From Lepidodermella squamata (lineage: Eukaryota > Animalia > Gastrotricha): DNA of 64,000 bases. The notes beneath the pieces are model-generated. The model saw nothing but the letters and a program-made list of their open reading frames with translations, was not told the DNA's origin and did no database searches. Numbering within the stretch: the stretch's first letter is position 1; every line of letters starts with the position of its first letter. Shown in pieces: positions 23,301 to 37,183 of this stretch. The stretch covers positions 4,464,001-4,528,000 of the forward strand of contig JBLDXI010000007.1 of the NCBI GenBank assembly GCA_047495785.1, given 5' to 3'. A program made the position numbers and the translations under genes.

Positions 23301-24730
23301 TATAGGCATACTTAGGGACAGGATTCGAACGATTAGCATTCAACCTCGCCGGTACGGGCACGTCGCTCGCATGGCCCCTTAGGTTGGCAAGCCAGATGCG
23401 GTACTGGCAGCCGCCGGATGATGCTTATTAGAGCTTAGCATTTTGACCACAGGGGCGACCAAATATAAGATGGATTGATTACATCGAAACCATTTCAACA
23501 AAATATAGATTACAGGAGGCCTTACTCCTGGCACAGGATAGAATTACGTCAAAGGTGTATAATCATTCTGGGGAAATCGAAATATATCGGATTAGGCCAC
23601 GTATGGTGGTGAGAGAGCAAGATAGGTTTGAGGAGGATACGGATCGAGGTAGGTGGCCTCATTCTCCTACACTCGGTACACTTGTAGTGATATCGTCACG
23701 TTCTGCATATTCAATATGGATACTCCGGAGCGTATTTTGTTTATCATTTTACCTCTCATTTTCTTTCTTACTTTAAACTATGTTGATATTTGTTGAATTT
23801 TACTCATATGACATATGAAGGAAATGACGAAATAACACGATAGCCGATAGCGCAATGCTATGTTTGCTTTAGTTGGCTTTGGCAATGCTGATGCTAAATT
23901 CCATCAGCCATCAGCTCACATTGACCGGAGCCAGCAGGGAGGTCCTGTGTCGAGGTCTTTCTTGACAACCTGGTCAGCCATGGCACATTTCACGGCGACC
24001 TAGGGTAGTGTAGGGGCTTGGTTGGGCAGGCGGAAGACGTCGAACCATCCACGTCACGGACTCTGATAAAATGGGACTCTGACAAAGCCCAAGGTCAAAG
24101 GTCATTCAGAATACAGGCAATGTTCCACACAGCATCAGCTAAGTCGTGGTGAAAAAGCCCTAATCCAAGCAAGCTGAGTAAACACGCGGCTAAATTTTGA
24201 TATGAAAAATGCGATAATGATGATAACAATAATCACATAGAAATTCAAATTCTCCTAGTGAAACGTTGTAGCTATTATTCTTCAGACGTATTCACACGCC
24301 AAGGTACGCAGAGTGTAGCACACTGGCGAACACGCTTCGAGAATAAATTTGACGCTTTGTCAGCCATCTGATGTGAAATGATGCCTGAAGCCCCATCAGC
24401 AGCGAATTTTTTCACACGGAAAAAAGGGGATTTATTGGGTTTTTTTACTCAAATGGGCCGATGTTCTCAGTCATCTCAGTCTCAGTATGGCCACGAAGTA
24501 GGAAAATATTTGCTAAGCATAGGTAAAATGTCACTGTGGATTCCAGACGAATCTTACCATTCAATCGGAAAAAAGTGTTGTTTACTTCTCCTTTTTGCCT
24601 TTCTTACCGACATCGAAAATAAGGAGGGCTGAGCTGAGGAAACACGCGGCAGCCCACGTGACGATAAAGATAATACGAGATACAGAACTGAAAGGTGTAA
24701 CGCTAAAACTGCTGGCACATATTGAAACCA

Positions 24731-25084
24731 TCAAGCTGGAATATCAGCGACATCGAAAGAGTCCAAAATTATAATTCGCTTCTTCTCGGAGCCTTTCACG
24801 CGCGTCTTCGGCTTGCTCGCCTTCGTCAGCGCAACACTTGGCGCGTAAATCCGAAGATCGGCGGCAAATTTGGTGCGGTACATCTTGTTGAAAACAGCCA
24901 GCTTGTTCCATACAATTGGATCAATTTTGGCCGGCGATACCACGCTTTCGCTCACAACGGGTTGATAAGTCTCAGAAGAAAGGTTCGACTCACCATTTAT
25001 ATCGTATAAAAACGCGAAGGCAGCAGAGCCAACTGGGGCTGAGATTAGAAAAGCTAGAAACAGGGCGGCAACAACTCTCACCAT
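24731..25084 (-). CDS. Small putative secreted protein of unknown function
   Basis: ORF MVRVVAALFLAFLISAPVGSA has a signal-peptide-like start, with a TATA-like TATATAAA about 55 bp upstream. Its last codons (FDVADIPA*) recur at 17432-17455. Confidence 0.5.
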   Translation of the reverse strand: MVRVVAALFLAFLISAPVGSAAFAFLYDINGESNLSSETYQPVVSESVVSPAKIDPIVWNKLAVFNKMYRTKFAADLRIYAPSVALTKASKPKTRVKGSEKKRIIILDSFDVADIPA

Positions 25085-26032
25085 GATGCACAGCGATTTG
25101 GCTTCGAAATGATCCGTTTTGCTGGGTTGCCCGAGGTCTTTATATAACCGATGAGCTGTTTGTCCTAACAACAACGGGCTAATGCACATGCGGGACGCGA
25201 CGTGTACGTGCTCCAGAGGTTAACATTTGCTCTTACGCTGAATGATTAGTAAAAATCGGAAGGCTAACCAAGCGTTATACATTCAATATCTTGCAATACC
25301 GTGACGCATCGGACCTGAACGGGATTTTGAATACAAATTCTGAAAATACGAACGGGTGAACAACAACGAACGCCTGTGCAACAAATGAAATTCGGCTGGA
25401 AGATATAGCAATAATATAGCTGAATTGTCAGAAACTTGAAAACTCACCCTGCTTTATGAAAAATAGTTGTAGTGATAAAAATGTCTTAATGTGGACAACG
25501 GGTTGTTACACCTGATCTGCTTATGCTGCATGGACAGAACGCCGACCTACAGTCAGCTATGCCACGTTTCTCATGCGGATAACTCAGTTACGATCTGTCT
25601 AATTGATCCAACTCAATCAACTCAATCCGCCCATAGCTGATTTTAGAAAGGTGTCAAGAATTTTTATCTGAGAGCTAGAAATGTCTCCATTTTTGCTTCA
25701 CTTGATTTGCTTTTGCACGCGTCATATAGCTTTCTCAGCTGGTCCAAATAAAACAAACGCAGCCACGTGTGACACAGAGATTACTCAATCCGTTACTAAT
25801 TCAGCGTTGGCGTGAAAATCTCAACTATTCATTGTTAAAATCTGTTATCAAAAAAGAAGCTCTGATAAACTAGATTCACGATACTCTCCGGTGATAAGCA
25901 TATCTCATTCCTCAATAATTTGTAAAAGATAACATTTCTCAAAGTGACTTTGAGCTACTTCTGGATTCCAATTACTCGAATTTTCGGCTCCGTAATTTTC
26001 TTGCTTCATGACATTATCTGGCAAGGCGACGA

Positions 26033-27952
26033 ATGGAGATCAACGGTATTTTCAGCGCGTTCAATCCATTGCTGTTTGGCAACATTTCAAAATTACATCG
26101 CCAGTCTGATGGAAAAGAATATCTTGCGAAGAAAGTATCTAAAGACGCTCCGCGATTCAGCGAGTTGTCGCTACTTGTTTCGAACGCCAATAAAATTTCG
26201 CACTCTAAACTCGAAACAACTTTTTTCCCGATTTTGGGCAAGTAGTTCACCTTGCTTAAATTCGTGGATTGAAATTGGAATATTTGTTGTAGATGAAGAT
26301 TGCTGTGGACTGCTGTTTGAAATTAACCCACATGGGCTCATGACAATGAAGGAGCTGATTTCCAGCCGTAATGGCGTTCAGTTCAAAGAATTCCAGGCGC
26401 TTCGATGGGCAACTGATATCGCTCTCGGCTTGACGTTTCTTCACGAGAAGAACATAGCCCATGGCCTCGTGAGAAGCGAGGTTAGGCGTATGAGTTTTTT
26501 GTTCAAAATGGCGGCTAAGGTTTGTTTTGCATTGGACAGAGCATCCATGTGATAAGCGAAGATATGCTGAAACTCGCCTTCTTCGGCCCTTCGGACGTTT
26601 ACGAAGAGTTGGCTCCCACTGTGAAAAAATTGCAGCGATTTGTTGTAGCTTCTTTATTCTAGCAGGGCGGATTTATCGACTGCCTCAGCGCAAGACTTGC
26701 TAGCATTCTACAGCCACCGAGCACCTGAGCTGTTCAAACCAGCATCCGCAACGAACCGCTTTAAGGCAGACGTCTGGGCGTATGGCGTTACTATTTACGA
26801 AATATCCACCCTAGCGCTACCAGTAAATTGTTGACCAATTTAAGTGGGATTCGTGTTTTCAAAATGCCTTACTTCAGTTTACTCCGGTTTCCCCGACGGA
26901 CATCACGATAACTGACGTCGAAAATGCGTATCTTCGCAACACGCCGTAGGTATGACTGACAAATCTGTTGCGAAATTAATTTGACAACAAACAGGTGGAA
27001 GTACACATTTGAAATGCCGAAACACTGGAGCTCAAGTTTTCGCAGCCTCGTCGGTCATTGCCTGAAACAAGACCCGGAAAGGCGCGCCGATATACGAACA
27101 GCTTTATGGCATCGATGCTTACTCCGTTCAATTCTTGATCGACCAGATTCGGTTCAAGCTATTTCTGATTTTTGTGAATCCAGTGTAAGACAAGGCTCAA
27201 ACCTCTTATAGCTATGTAGCTCCTCATCTAATTTATCATTAGGTAGCCGATGACAAGATCATTCCTGGAAATCGTTATTTGTCCAAGGTTTGTAATTTCG
27301 CTATCACTGCTCGCCAAATTGGTTCTTATTCAACTAGGAATTCTTCGCCGCTTGCATCGGCAAAGACGTCGAAGTGCTCGACCTGTATTTGAGTGATTCA
27401 AAGTGGGATGTTCTGTGGCTGCTCAGTCGGTGTTACGCGCCTTGGCATGGAGAACACATAGCTGGCTATCGCATCTACCCTATGCAATCCTGCCTGCACT
27501 TCGTCTGCCGTTTCGACCTGCCTAACAATCTCGAGAGAATTCTCGCGGCGAAAATCAGATTAGAGCAGAAATTGAATGGCAAGACGAAGATCGAGGCTGT
27601 TGAGGAATTGCGTGAACTGCTGAATTTGCCAGACTACACCGGCATGCGGGCTATTCATGTCGCGGCTTTGAACGGCCATTTGCGATGCGTCGAATTACTC
27701 TGCGAGTTCGGCGTGGAGTCTGGCGAAGTTCTGGCTGATATTAACGTGAAGTCGAATCGCGGCAATACAGCGCTGATGCAAGTTATTGATGGAAGCTGCA
27801 GCAGGGCAGCTGATGTCGTGGGCTACTTGATTTCGAGGGGGGCTGATGTGAACCTTAATAATCAGGCTGGACAGACTGCGCTGCAATTGGCGAGGAAAAA
27901 TAACATGCATCATATTGCTAGGATGCTCACTGAAAACGGAGCAACGCAATGA
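26033..27952 (+). CDS. NEK-like pseudokinase with C-terminal ankyrin repeats (spliced)
   Basis: Kinase subdomains EYLAKK, LTFLHEKNIAHGLVRSE, LKLAFFG, HRAPELF, KADVWAYGVTIYEI, CLKQDPERRA, then ankyrin repeats (GMRAIHVAALNGH, GNTALMQ, GQTALQLA). Confidence 0.8.
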
Positions 27953-28494
27953 AGAACTCGAATAAAGAACTCTTTTCAGAATTGTACTTCTGCCGGCCTC
28001 TACCATGATTTAATGAAAATGTTATGATACTTGCTGTTTCTACAATCATGTAACTGGGACATTTTGAATCATGCATTTTACTCATTTAGAAACTTCATGG
28101 AGAGCAAATTCGAACTTTGCTCAACTTGACCTCAACTTGTGGAGCGAATTGGCGTGAACATCGTGTAGTAATTACGGCGACAATGAAATAACAATGAAAG
28201 CGGCTTATCTCGATCAGAGATAAAGCATCAGCTCGAGTGGTTTGTCAATAGGCTGCCTCTGTAGAATTGCATTTACGACAGTACTACGACAGTACTACTC
28301 AATAGCAGCAGTACTGCTTGCTTATTACATTTCACCGCATGAAACTACGTGTTTTTATTAATAATAATAATTACACTAATTCAGTAGTACGGCGTATTTA
28401 GAGTAGACATGCACTCGTGATATTTAAAAAGCTCGCTTAGTACTTAGTATATATTTCTTCAATAATATTTCGATTTTCAAGTGAGAGAACAATC

Positions 28495-29880
28495 ATGCGG
28501 TCTTGCAAGGTATGGCAAACAATGTTCCAAGGTTAAATGAGACCTATCGTATTCAATTTCTCAATTTATTTGAAGATTTGTGGTGTTTTTGTGAAACCTC
28601 GGCGAGACTATCAGCCCACTGTTTGCGAGTCTTGCCAAAAGTTTTTCAGGCGCAAAAGCCACGGCAACGTTTCAGATCTGAAATGCATCAATGGCGATGG
28701 TCGATGCTTGCTAACACCTGAGCTCGATGGCAACGGCCGTAAAATGTGCCCGAAATGCCGGTATAAAAAATGCCTAGCTATGGGCATGAGCTGTAAGATT
28801 CGATGGTTTTGATTAGCCTAGGGACTTACGCTCTTCTTTCTTGTAGGCAAATATCTCGACGAAAGCTGTAGAGCTGCCCCTAATCAAGTTTCAGAGCCTG
28901 AGTACATCGAAATGGAGAGGCAATTCAAACAACTGGCCGAGTCGTTGACCCATCTTCACGACCTCAATTTTGTGAGATAAGATCCTGCTTTGAACCATTT
29001 TTGTGAGAAAAAATATCTTTGTAGCTGTCGATGAAAGAGCGCAATCAGACGATTGGAGACGCTTCGACATTGATCAAGCTCAGCGAAATCGATACAATCA
29101 TCACACTGCGAGCTATGAACCAGTTCAAGCAGTTTGTAGCAAGTAAGAACTTTTTAAGAAAAAGGAGGCCTCGTCCAACATGGCTAGAATGTCATGATTT
29201 CAGATTTCATTATTCTCAGCACACAAAAAATTCCCTTCTGAATATACAACCTTGATCGCTTTGTTTTCCTCTCTGTTAGACATGACCAATCTATCAGAGC
29301 AAGAACAGGCAATGCTGGACCCAGGTTTCGGCTCTCGAGTTTTGACAATTTTCGACGCGCTGCCGTGCAATGCGGGTGCAAACAGCGTTATGGGCATCGA
29401 CGCAAGCTTCAAGTACGCGATTCTAGGCATTTACCCAGAATTCGAGTCGATGTGGCTGATGACGGAGCAATTCAACCGAATGGTCTGCCAATGGTCGCCT
29501 AGCATCATCGAATGTGCAATCATGATATGCCTGGTCTATTTTAACGGCAAGCCACGTCCAACACTCCCAACTCTTTGTCTTACATTTTTATAACTTTTAT
29601 AGAAAAGCACACAGTAAATCCGAAATTTGCTCGAATTAGGCGTAGGCTTTGGCACTTGTTCAATGTGTGGAACGCCGCTGCTCTGAAATCTTCGTCCGAG
29701 GCTGACATCGAAGCTGCGTCGAGGAGAAGACGTCAGAATTTAGAGGACAGCTTAAACGCTTTGGAGGATACTGTTCAAGAGTTGATTCGCGCGACGGAGG
29801 TCAACTTCTGGCAGGCGTTCACTGATCATCTCTCAATTAACAATGATCCTAAAGGATACAGAAACTTGGTTTTCGGATAG
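28495..29880 (+). CDS. Nuclear hormone receptor, divergent NR1J (HR96/DAF-12)-like (spliced)
   Basis: C4 zinc fingers MRSCK|ICG...CESCQKFFRR...C..C...CPKCRYKKCLAMGM, followed by helical LBD-like exons (IIECAIMICLVYFN). Confidence 0.85.
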
Positions 29881-30312
29881 TTTTGTCACTCTACTTGATT
29901 TTTTTATGTTTAATAAATTCCAGATACTTATACGCATAACGGATGCTTTAGAATCAATTTCGGGCTGGGAATTTTTATAATCTTTGTATTGATCCTCTGC
30001 GTCAGTTCACGAAGCACAGGGGTGGTAAAACCACAGGGGGGCCCTTTGATCATAACAATTTGGGCCCTAGAATACTCCCCAGTTCGAGGAATGCTCTGCG
30101 CAGAATCTTTCGATTGATTAATGTCCTGGAGCCAGAGTGGCCCGTCTAAAAAATGCCCTAAAAATGCAAACTCAACTGCAGCATTGGCTGATAAATCAAA
30201 GATTTTATTCCTAAGTAAAATTCAAGCCAGTGAACTCAATGGAAACGTTAGAAGCAAGAAACCGGCAGTTTTCAGTCAGTTCATGAATTTGTGAGAGCAC
30301 TTACTGCTTTTT

Positions 30313-32921
30313 TCATTTGGTAATGTTGTATTTCCGCAGAACCTTTGCCACCTCTTCCTTGACCGAATCCTCAATCTCCTGGTTAGCCTTCAATTCTTCG
30401 ACCATAACAGCATACGGAGACTTGCCATTCGTATCCAACCGCGTTGAGTCTGTCGTCTTCAACCCTAACAAGAAATCCAATATTTCCGCCCTGCCGTGTA
30501 GGACAGCCAGGTGAACAGCAGTGCGGCCTCGGCCGCGTTTCGGATCGTTCGTGCGATTGCCCATTGTTGAATCTTTGTTAATCAGCGTCTTGACTACATC
30601 GAGGTGGCCCATGATGACGGCGTAGTGAATCGGCAGGTTGCCAAGTGATTCATCGCGTGCTTCCACATCACAGCCGCCCATTTTAAGGAGCGTTTGAACA
30701 GTTTCAGCGTGACCTTCAATAGCAGCTAGGTGCAACGGAGTCCGGCCAGCTCCATCAACAGGATCCGGGTTAACCTCCAGAGAGAGCAACTCAAAGCAAA
30801 CCTAATTACACAAATTGATTGTTGGCACATGTTTTGCATGGACAATTGGAGGTTAATTTTGTTACCTCGGGATGGCCACTAGCTGCTGCGACATGAAGAG
30901 GCCGATTGTGAACCATATCCTTCGCTTCTTTATCAGCGCCGCCAACAACCAGCGGCTTCACGAGTTCGTGCTGGCCGAACTGGCACGCGAGATGCAGCGG
31001 CGTCGAAGCTGTTTGCACGTCCCTCGCATTCACATTCGCCCCACGCTTCATGAACAGCTGGACAACCTCGAGCCGGCCGTTCTCCGCGGCCGTATGCAAC
31101 GGCATGCGACCGAGCTCTTTACTATTCCTTGCCTCGATTTCCGCGCCTTTGTCCAACAAAGCCGCCGCAGCTTCGACTTGGCCTTCAAACGCTGCCGTAT
31201 GCAATGGCGAGTCGCCATCGTTGTCTTTAGCTTGAAGCTCCGCCCCTTTCTCAAGTAACACGTTGATAACTTCAGCAGAACCCATGTAAGCTGCGAGATG
31301 CAGAGCCGACGCCCCCATTTGGTCTTCTTTAGCCTTGATCTCAGCCTTGGAATCAATGAGTAGACTAACCAGGTCTGGACTGCCCCTTTCAACCGCGAAA
31401 TGCAACGGCGTTCTACCCTGTTGGCCCTTGGCGTTTACGTTAGCTTTTTTGTCAATCAAAACCTTGGCCACGTCAGCCGATTTCGCGCAATGTAAAGGCG
31501 TATCTCCGTTTTCATTCTTCGCGTCAACTGGCACGCCCAAATCAAGTAATTGCTTCGCAACTTCCGGCCAGTTGAATCGAGCAGCTTTGTGTAGAGGCGT
31601 GTCGCCAACTGTAGACGCTCGCTTTTTGTCGTCTTCATCCTCGGGAGCAGCTTCGTTCTCAGTATCGTCGGCCGTAATCTCATCCTCGATGCTTTTTGCT
31701 GGCAGCTCTTTCCCAGCGAGAACTTCAATGTCATTTTCGACAAGTTTTGCGATACTCGAAATTCTTTCGACTTTGCCGCGAGTTGCAGCATCTAAAACAG
31801 CTAGAGTCATTCGTTTCCGGCCGATGTCTTCGTAGAGCGCCGTGATGGATGGCCGTTTGAATGGCTCAACGGTCATCAACATTTCGATGAGTTTGAATAT
31901 TTCCGGAGAGTATTGATCTAAAATTTCCTGTTCGATAGGTTCCCGCTTGCCCCTGTAAAGGCAGAAACAAGAATGTGAAATATTGCGATTGTTCCGTCTT
32001 TAGCAATGATAGTTTTTAATTATTGTAAAATAAGAACTTTCAACTTACGACTTGATAACCTCCATTGTTTTGCTCCAATTTTCATCTGCCGGAAACTGGA
32101 AGAACGTCGTTTAACATTGACTAAAATCCCCATCGTGAACCTTGAAGCAAACTTACCGGGTGTTTGAAAGTCACCAGCTGATACAAAATAATTCCGAGCG
32201 CCCAGATGTCAATTTTGTTGTCGTACGCCGGAAGTGGGCTTTTCTTATCCTTGACTGGCGTGAAAAGCTCTGGCGCATAATGGCCAGCAACTGGCATGCT
32301 GCTCGTGGCTGAAGTTGCCATTTGAGTTCGATACTCATCGAATATCTTCGGTGTTATCATATCGGCTAGTTTAAGGACAGTTACTCCGTCAACTACAACG
32401 AAAAACACGTTCTGAAAAAATGAAGCCAGAATCTCGAAAACTGGACACTCGAATTTAGAAATTACGGTAGCTTTTATGTTCCTATGGGTTATTTGCTTCT
32501 TCAGGTGGAGGTACTTCGTCGCGAGAACCATTTGAGTGAACCAGTCCAAGATGTAGTCTTCCACAAAATGCTCGCCATTACGTTTTTCGATGTTTGAAGT
32601 CAGCGTTGGACCTTCTACGTACTCTCGTTCGACGTATAGAAGCCCTTTTTCATGCCAGCAGCTGTAACTAGCAGCTAAGTAAGGATGCTGAAGACTTTTC
32701 AAGGCTGCGATCTCTTTCACAGCTTCTTCTAGGTCTTTCGGCTGCTTCGCCTTTGGAAATATTCGGTCTACATTCGATTCCTTGATCACGTACAGCTTGT
32801 CGGTCTTCGCCTCCGTGCCTTTCCTATAGCCAACATGGGTTTTGTTGCCAGCTAGCAATTGGCCGGTTGAGACGGTTGCAAGGCAAGATTTAACGTTGAA
32901 TTTTTGGGCTAAAGATGCCAT
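30313..32921 (-). CDS. NEK-like (pseudo)kinase with about ten C-terminal ankyrin repeats (spliced)
   Basis: YVIKE, EIAALKSLQHP, EYVEG, EDYILDWFTQMVLATKYLH, HRNIK, YAPEL, KIDIWALGIILYQLVTFKHP, MLMTVEPFKRPS, then canonical TPLH ankyrin repeats. Confidence 0.9.
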
Positions 32922-33580
32922 CGATACACTGCAAGTGCAAGTTGAGTGCAAACTTGAGTTTTGTGCTCTACCATTCCTTTCTTTTTGAGGGCTAATTCAA
33001 CGAGGCCTATCGATTTGTTGAGAGCGTATTTTGCACCTCTATCTAACACCCGATATTGCATTAAAGATTAATATATTAGCGAATAGTTTGGTATCAATAA
33101 ATTAGGAGGACATTCTAATATACCTCAGGCAAGTTAAACATTTCAGTGATGCTGGGAAGAAGAATAAATATTGGCATCGTTTTCTTATCATATCTCATAA
33201 CTTTTCACCTGTAAATGCGGAGCTCTGTGATCACAGATTTCAATATTGGAATGCCGCCGTTGATGCCGCCTAACATAATCTTCGTATTGATGGAAAAATA
33301 CAAATGCATGTGATTTCATTATCCAAGATTGATTATCTAAGATTGCTACCAAGCGTTTCGCTCAACAGATTTTGCAACGAAAATTTCGTTGTTCATATTT
33401 TTCAAGGTATTTTTTTAAATCAATCCAAAAATTATTAAATTCTCAAACATCTCAAGCATATTTTTCGCAAAGCGGCTGGAAGGACTCGGAGAAGCAGTTC
33501 GACGCAACGAATTTGCCACTCGGAAGCATCGAAACACCTGTTAACAGAACGACGCGTCATCGGGAATCGTAATCCTCCTG

Positions 33581-35513
33581 TTATAGAGTAAACGTACAAA
33601 ATTTGCCGTTACCAGTTGCAGCGCCCGCGTCCCACAATGGCCCGGTGCCGTCAAAGTCCTCGTTCGTAATATACGCAAATTCAGTGCCTGCGAATCTTTT
33701 GCAGCCCAGTGGCGCTGCATTTTGGCTCGATGTCTAGCCGAAAGTAAAAAAATAGCTTACATAAGACCAATTCTTCCATGTTAAGCAGAAATTTGCACTA
33801 ACCCCTTCATAAAATGGTTTGATTGTCGCTACCATTCCATCGTAATCAGCCTGTGTTTTGACAATAGGGGCTCTTCGGTTGGTCCCAGTCCCGGGGCATG
33901 TATCGATTGCGCTCTGGCCGACGGTATTTCGCACGGTTCCAAAAAGTTCACCCTTCAGAAACAAAAGACTAGATTGCTCTTAGTGGTTATCCAGTGGCAA
34001 CTGACAGTAACGCTGTCCTGGCACACACGTACAGGGTCGAATTGATCGCTTCTAATGAACATGATTCCAATCGACGATCGCCGGGGATTGTACAAGAAAT
34101 CGAGATCTACAGAGAGAAACAAAGGTATAGTGCACGGAAAGACCGAGTTACTCTCAAAGCCTGGTTGCAAGCTTTCCCTGGAAGTTGGAATTGCAAACTA
34201 ACAAATAGCTGAAGTCGTGGGAGGGCTGCTTTGCGCGATCAGAAACGGCGAAGTTAAATCAAAGAGCGTGCCGTCGAGCCAGCGAAAGCGGGACACAATG
34301 CCAATGTAAGATTGCTTGGCTCCGGCGACAACGATGGCTTTCTCAACGTCATCAGTCGTCTTGATAAGCGCAAGCCGGGAATTCGGGTTGGCCGTGCAAG
34401 CCGCGGAGGCTTTCGGCCAGGTCACTGCGCTGCTTGATGACGGCAAGAAAAAACGAGCTTTTCGAAAAAACATGAGGAATTGCAAGGAAAGAATTACAAG
34501 AAAGATTGCCAACTTGCGACTCCACAGTTTGCCGATATGAAAAATTGTGGGCAGGAACACGTGTTCAGTGCTATACAAGTTCCGCCGTTAAGACACGGTC
34601 TTGCAGCACACAGATCTGATAAAGTAAAATGTAACATATTCCAAATTACAAAATGTCTGAATAGGGTAGGGGGAATTTCTGATTCAGGGTTAGAGGTTTT
34701 AGAATACTCGTAAGATTCACAACCCGTGCGTAAGAAATAGGTTTCGGGATTTCTAGACATGGCCTCTCAAACTGGTTGACCTTGAAACCATTCCCCAAGA
34801 AGCCGAATCTCACAATATGTTGATGAAGACGTCAGACTTACTGGTGCTGCAATCTGCGCCTGTGTAGCCAGTTTTGCATACACAGACATTGTCTGCATTG
34901 CAGACGCCGTCGTTTTTGCATGCACAAGTGCCGCAGTCAGCGGTTGTCCAAGGCGCTGGGCAGACGCACTGTGAGGTCGCATTGCAAGTGCCGTCATTTT
35001 TGCACTCTGGATTACACTGAAAAAACAACGGTCTTCAATTAGTTCCGAAATGAAAGACCTCCCAAGGTTCCCCATGAGAAACAAATTATGAATTGTTTGA
35101 TCTTAAATGATAACTCACTCTGTTTTGCTTGCTAGGGGGAAACGCGGGAAGGGCATCGAGGCATTCACGCTGGGTAGCATATGTCTTCGCAGAATTCACC
35201 GTCTGAAATTATAGCATGAAAGATCTGCTAAGGTGACTTGTTTCTGAATAGCAGACCCGAAATCCATCCATTTTCATGCAAGGATCAGATCCGAATGTCG
35301 TTGTATAGCACAGCGTCGTAGTTGTGGCAACCTCATAACAATGCACGTAAACCTTGAAATTAAATGCAACTGCAATTTTGTGTCGGAAAATGATGTTTGC
35401 TTTACTTTTTGCGCTGCAGTGTTCGTCTGCGTGCTGCATGCAGAAATCAGGCCGAACAAGCCCGTCGACAGGACGCACAACATTTGTCCTAACATTCTAG
35501 TTATTTTATGCAT
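33581..35513 (-). CDS. Secreted EGF-repeat and C-type lectin domain protein (multi-exon; boundaries approximate)
   Basis: EGF exons CNPECKNDGTC...CVC, CKNDGVC...GYTGADC, CLNGGTC; CTL-like exon TWPKASAAC...LALIKT...YIGI..FRWLDGT; signal-like N-terminus. Confidence 0.7.
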
Positions 35514-36262
35514 TTTTCGGTTCTTTCTCTCAAAAAAAAGAAAGATCACAAGCAGTTTTGTTTGAGCGACAACACGTGGGCTCAGCTTAGGCTAAGCGCG
35601 GCTCCTTTGTTTTTTCTCTCACCTTAAGTCGCTTAACTTTTGTTTGATTTTGTTTGCGTTCATAATGCGCCCCGGTGAGTGGAGATTTATTCACTTAGTT
35701 CGCCATCCACAGTTGTTTATAGCTCAGAAGTTTATTTTTAAAACACAATTCTTGGCAAAGGTGGAGGATAACTTTTACGTGGAAATAAATAGGAATATAC
35801 GAATGACGACTAATTCGACTAAGGTCAATGACGTATAATTATTTCTCACTTTAAAGTCTGATTGTAATAGGTTATCGCTTATCCCTTTTAAAAAGCGATC
35901 AGACACGCATAAACGTTGATAATGATATCAATGAAAATTAGAGTCGCAGCCATGTCGACGGCTCAAGTGGCTGATATTACGTACTTGTACCAGTTCATCA
36001 TTTGAAACGAGACCGGCTGAACCCTCGTCGGACATTGCCGTGCGCAAATGATCATTTCATAGAAGAAGCGTTTTTAGTTTTTAGCACCGACAGCAGCTGA
36101 ACCTAGTCGGCTTACAACTGCAACGCCTGCTGCGATGATTCTGGAGCTCTTTCCAAAGCTTGACATTGAACCATAGTCAATGGCATCAGCGCCCCGCAAA
36201 AAAACTGGCCTGTAGAAATCTATCTTTGTCAATTTTAAATGATCACTGTTCAGTTTTAAGTA

Positions 36263-36590
36263 CAGTGCTCCCTAGATAAAGGCACTGGGTCGGCAGCCAG
36301 ACCCGGTCTTTGAACAAGAGAAGTATAAAGAGGGCTGTAATTGAACGCAAGAGCTAAACATAGACAGTTGCTATGGCAACGCGCTGAAAGAGACGGACAC
36401 GGATTATGTGTAATTGCAAATTTTGTTCGCTGAAGCTGCGGAACGATAACGCGATGAACCATCAGTGCGTCGCCATAAGTGTTTTCTTAGTTGCCAAGGT
36501 GATTTTGATTTGACTCTTTAGCCATTGTTTTTTACTCTGATCTTCAGTCCTGCCTGTTAACGAACTCACAATTAAAACGGAAACTGGTTC
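36263..36590 (+). mobile_element. Solo left end of the pogo/Tigger-like element family at 46686
   Basis: TA|CAGTGCTCCCTAGATAAAGGCACTGGGTCGG... aligns over about 330 bp with 46686-47035. Confidence 0.75.
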
Positions 36591-37183
36591 GTCTCTCAAA
36601 GAAAAAAACTACAACCCTGTCGAGAACCTGCGGATGCACGACGAGAGGAATGAACACACACTGCGGTGCCCAACCCGTGCAAAAAAAATCAGGGACGGCA
36701 TTTATTCAAACGGCGTTTTGCGTTCTCCAAGCACGAGTCCAGCAAATTTTCAGCACTCCGAGCACAGAATATACCGTACCGTAAATGTTAGTCTAGTTCT
36801 CCTTGACTGACTGAACAGCATTGCGCATAGTCATCAAGCGTGCCATTCGCTATTCCCGGATGTAGCTATCGAGTTGATCCTCCATTGTGTAGTCGTTCGG
36901 TAACATTCCGTTACCAGGCGCCATATTAAACAAGTTGACAGCTTGGAAACATTATTTTATTGATTGCTGATAGCTGGAATTGTTATTCGTTTTATAACCT
37001 CAAATGTCTTTGATATTTCCGCCCGATTAAAAGTGTCAGCTAGTCGTGATGTGCGGGAGCAGACGTCGAGCGCACTCAAGCGAGCGGAAGTGCGTGAGCT
37101 CCCGACAAGTATTACGTACATGGAGATAGTCACAGCACAGCTCAGTCTTTTCAAGCTGCTCTTATTGCCGCAAGCAATTACGA

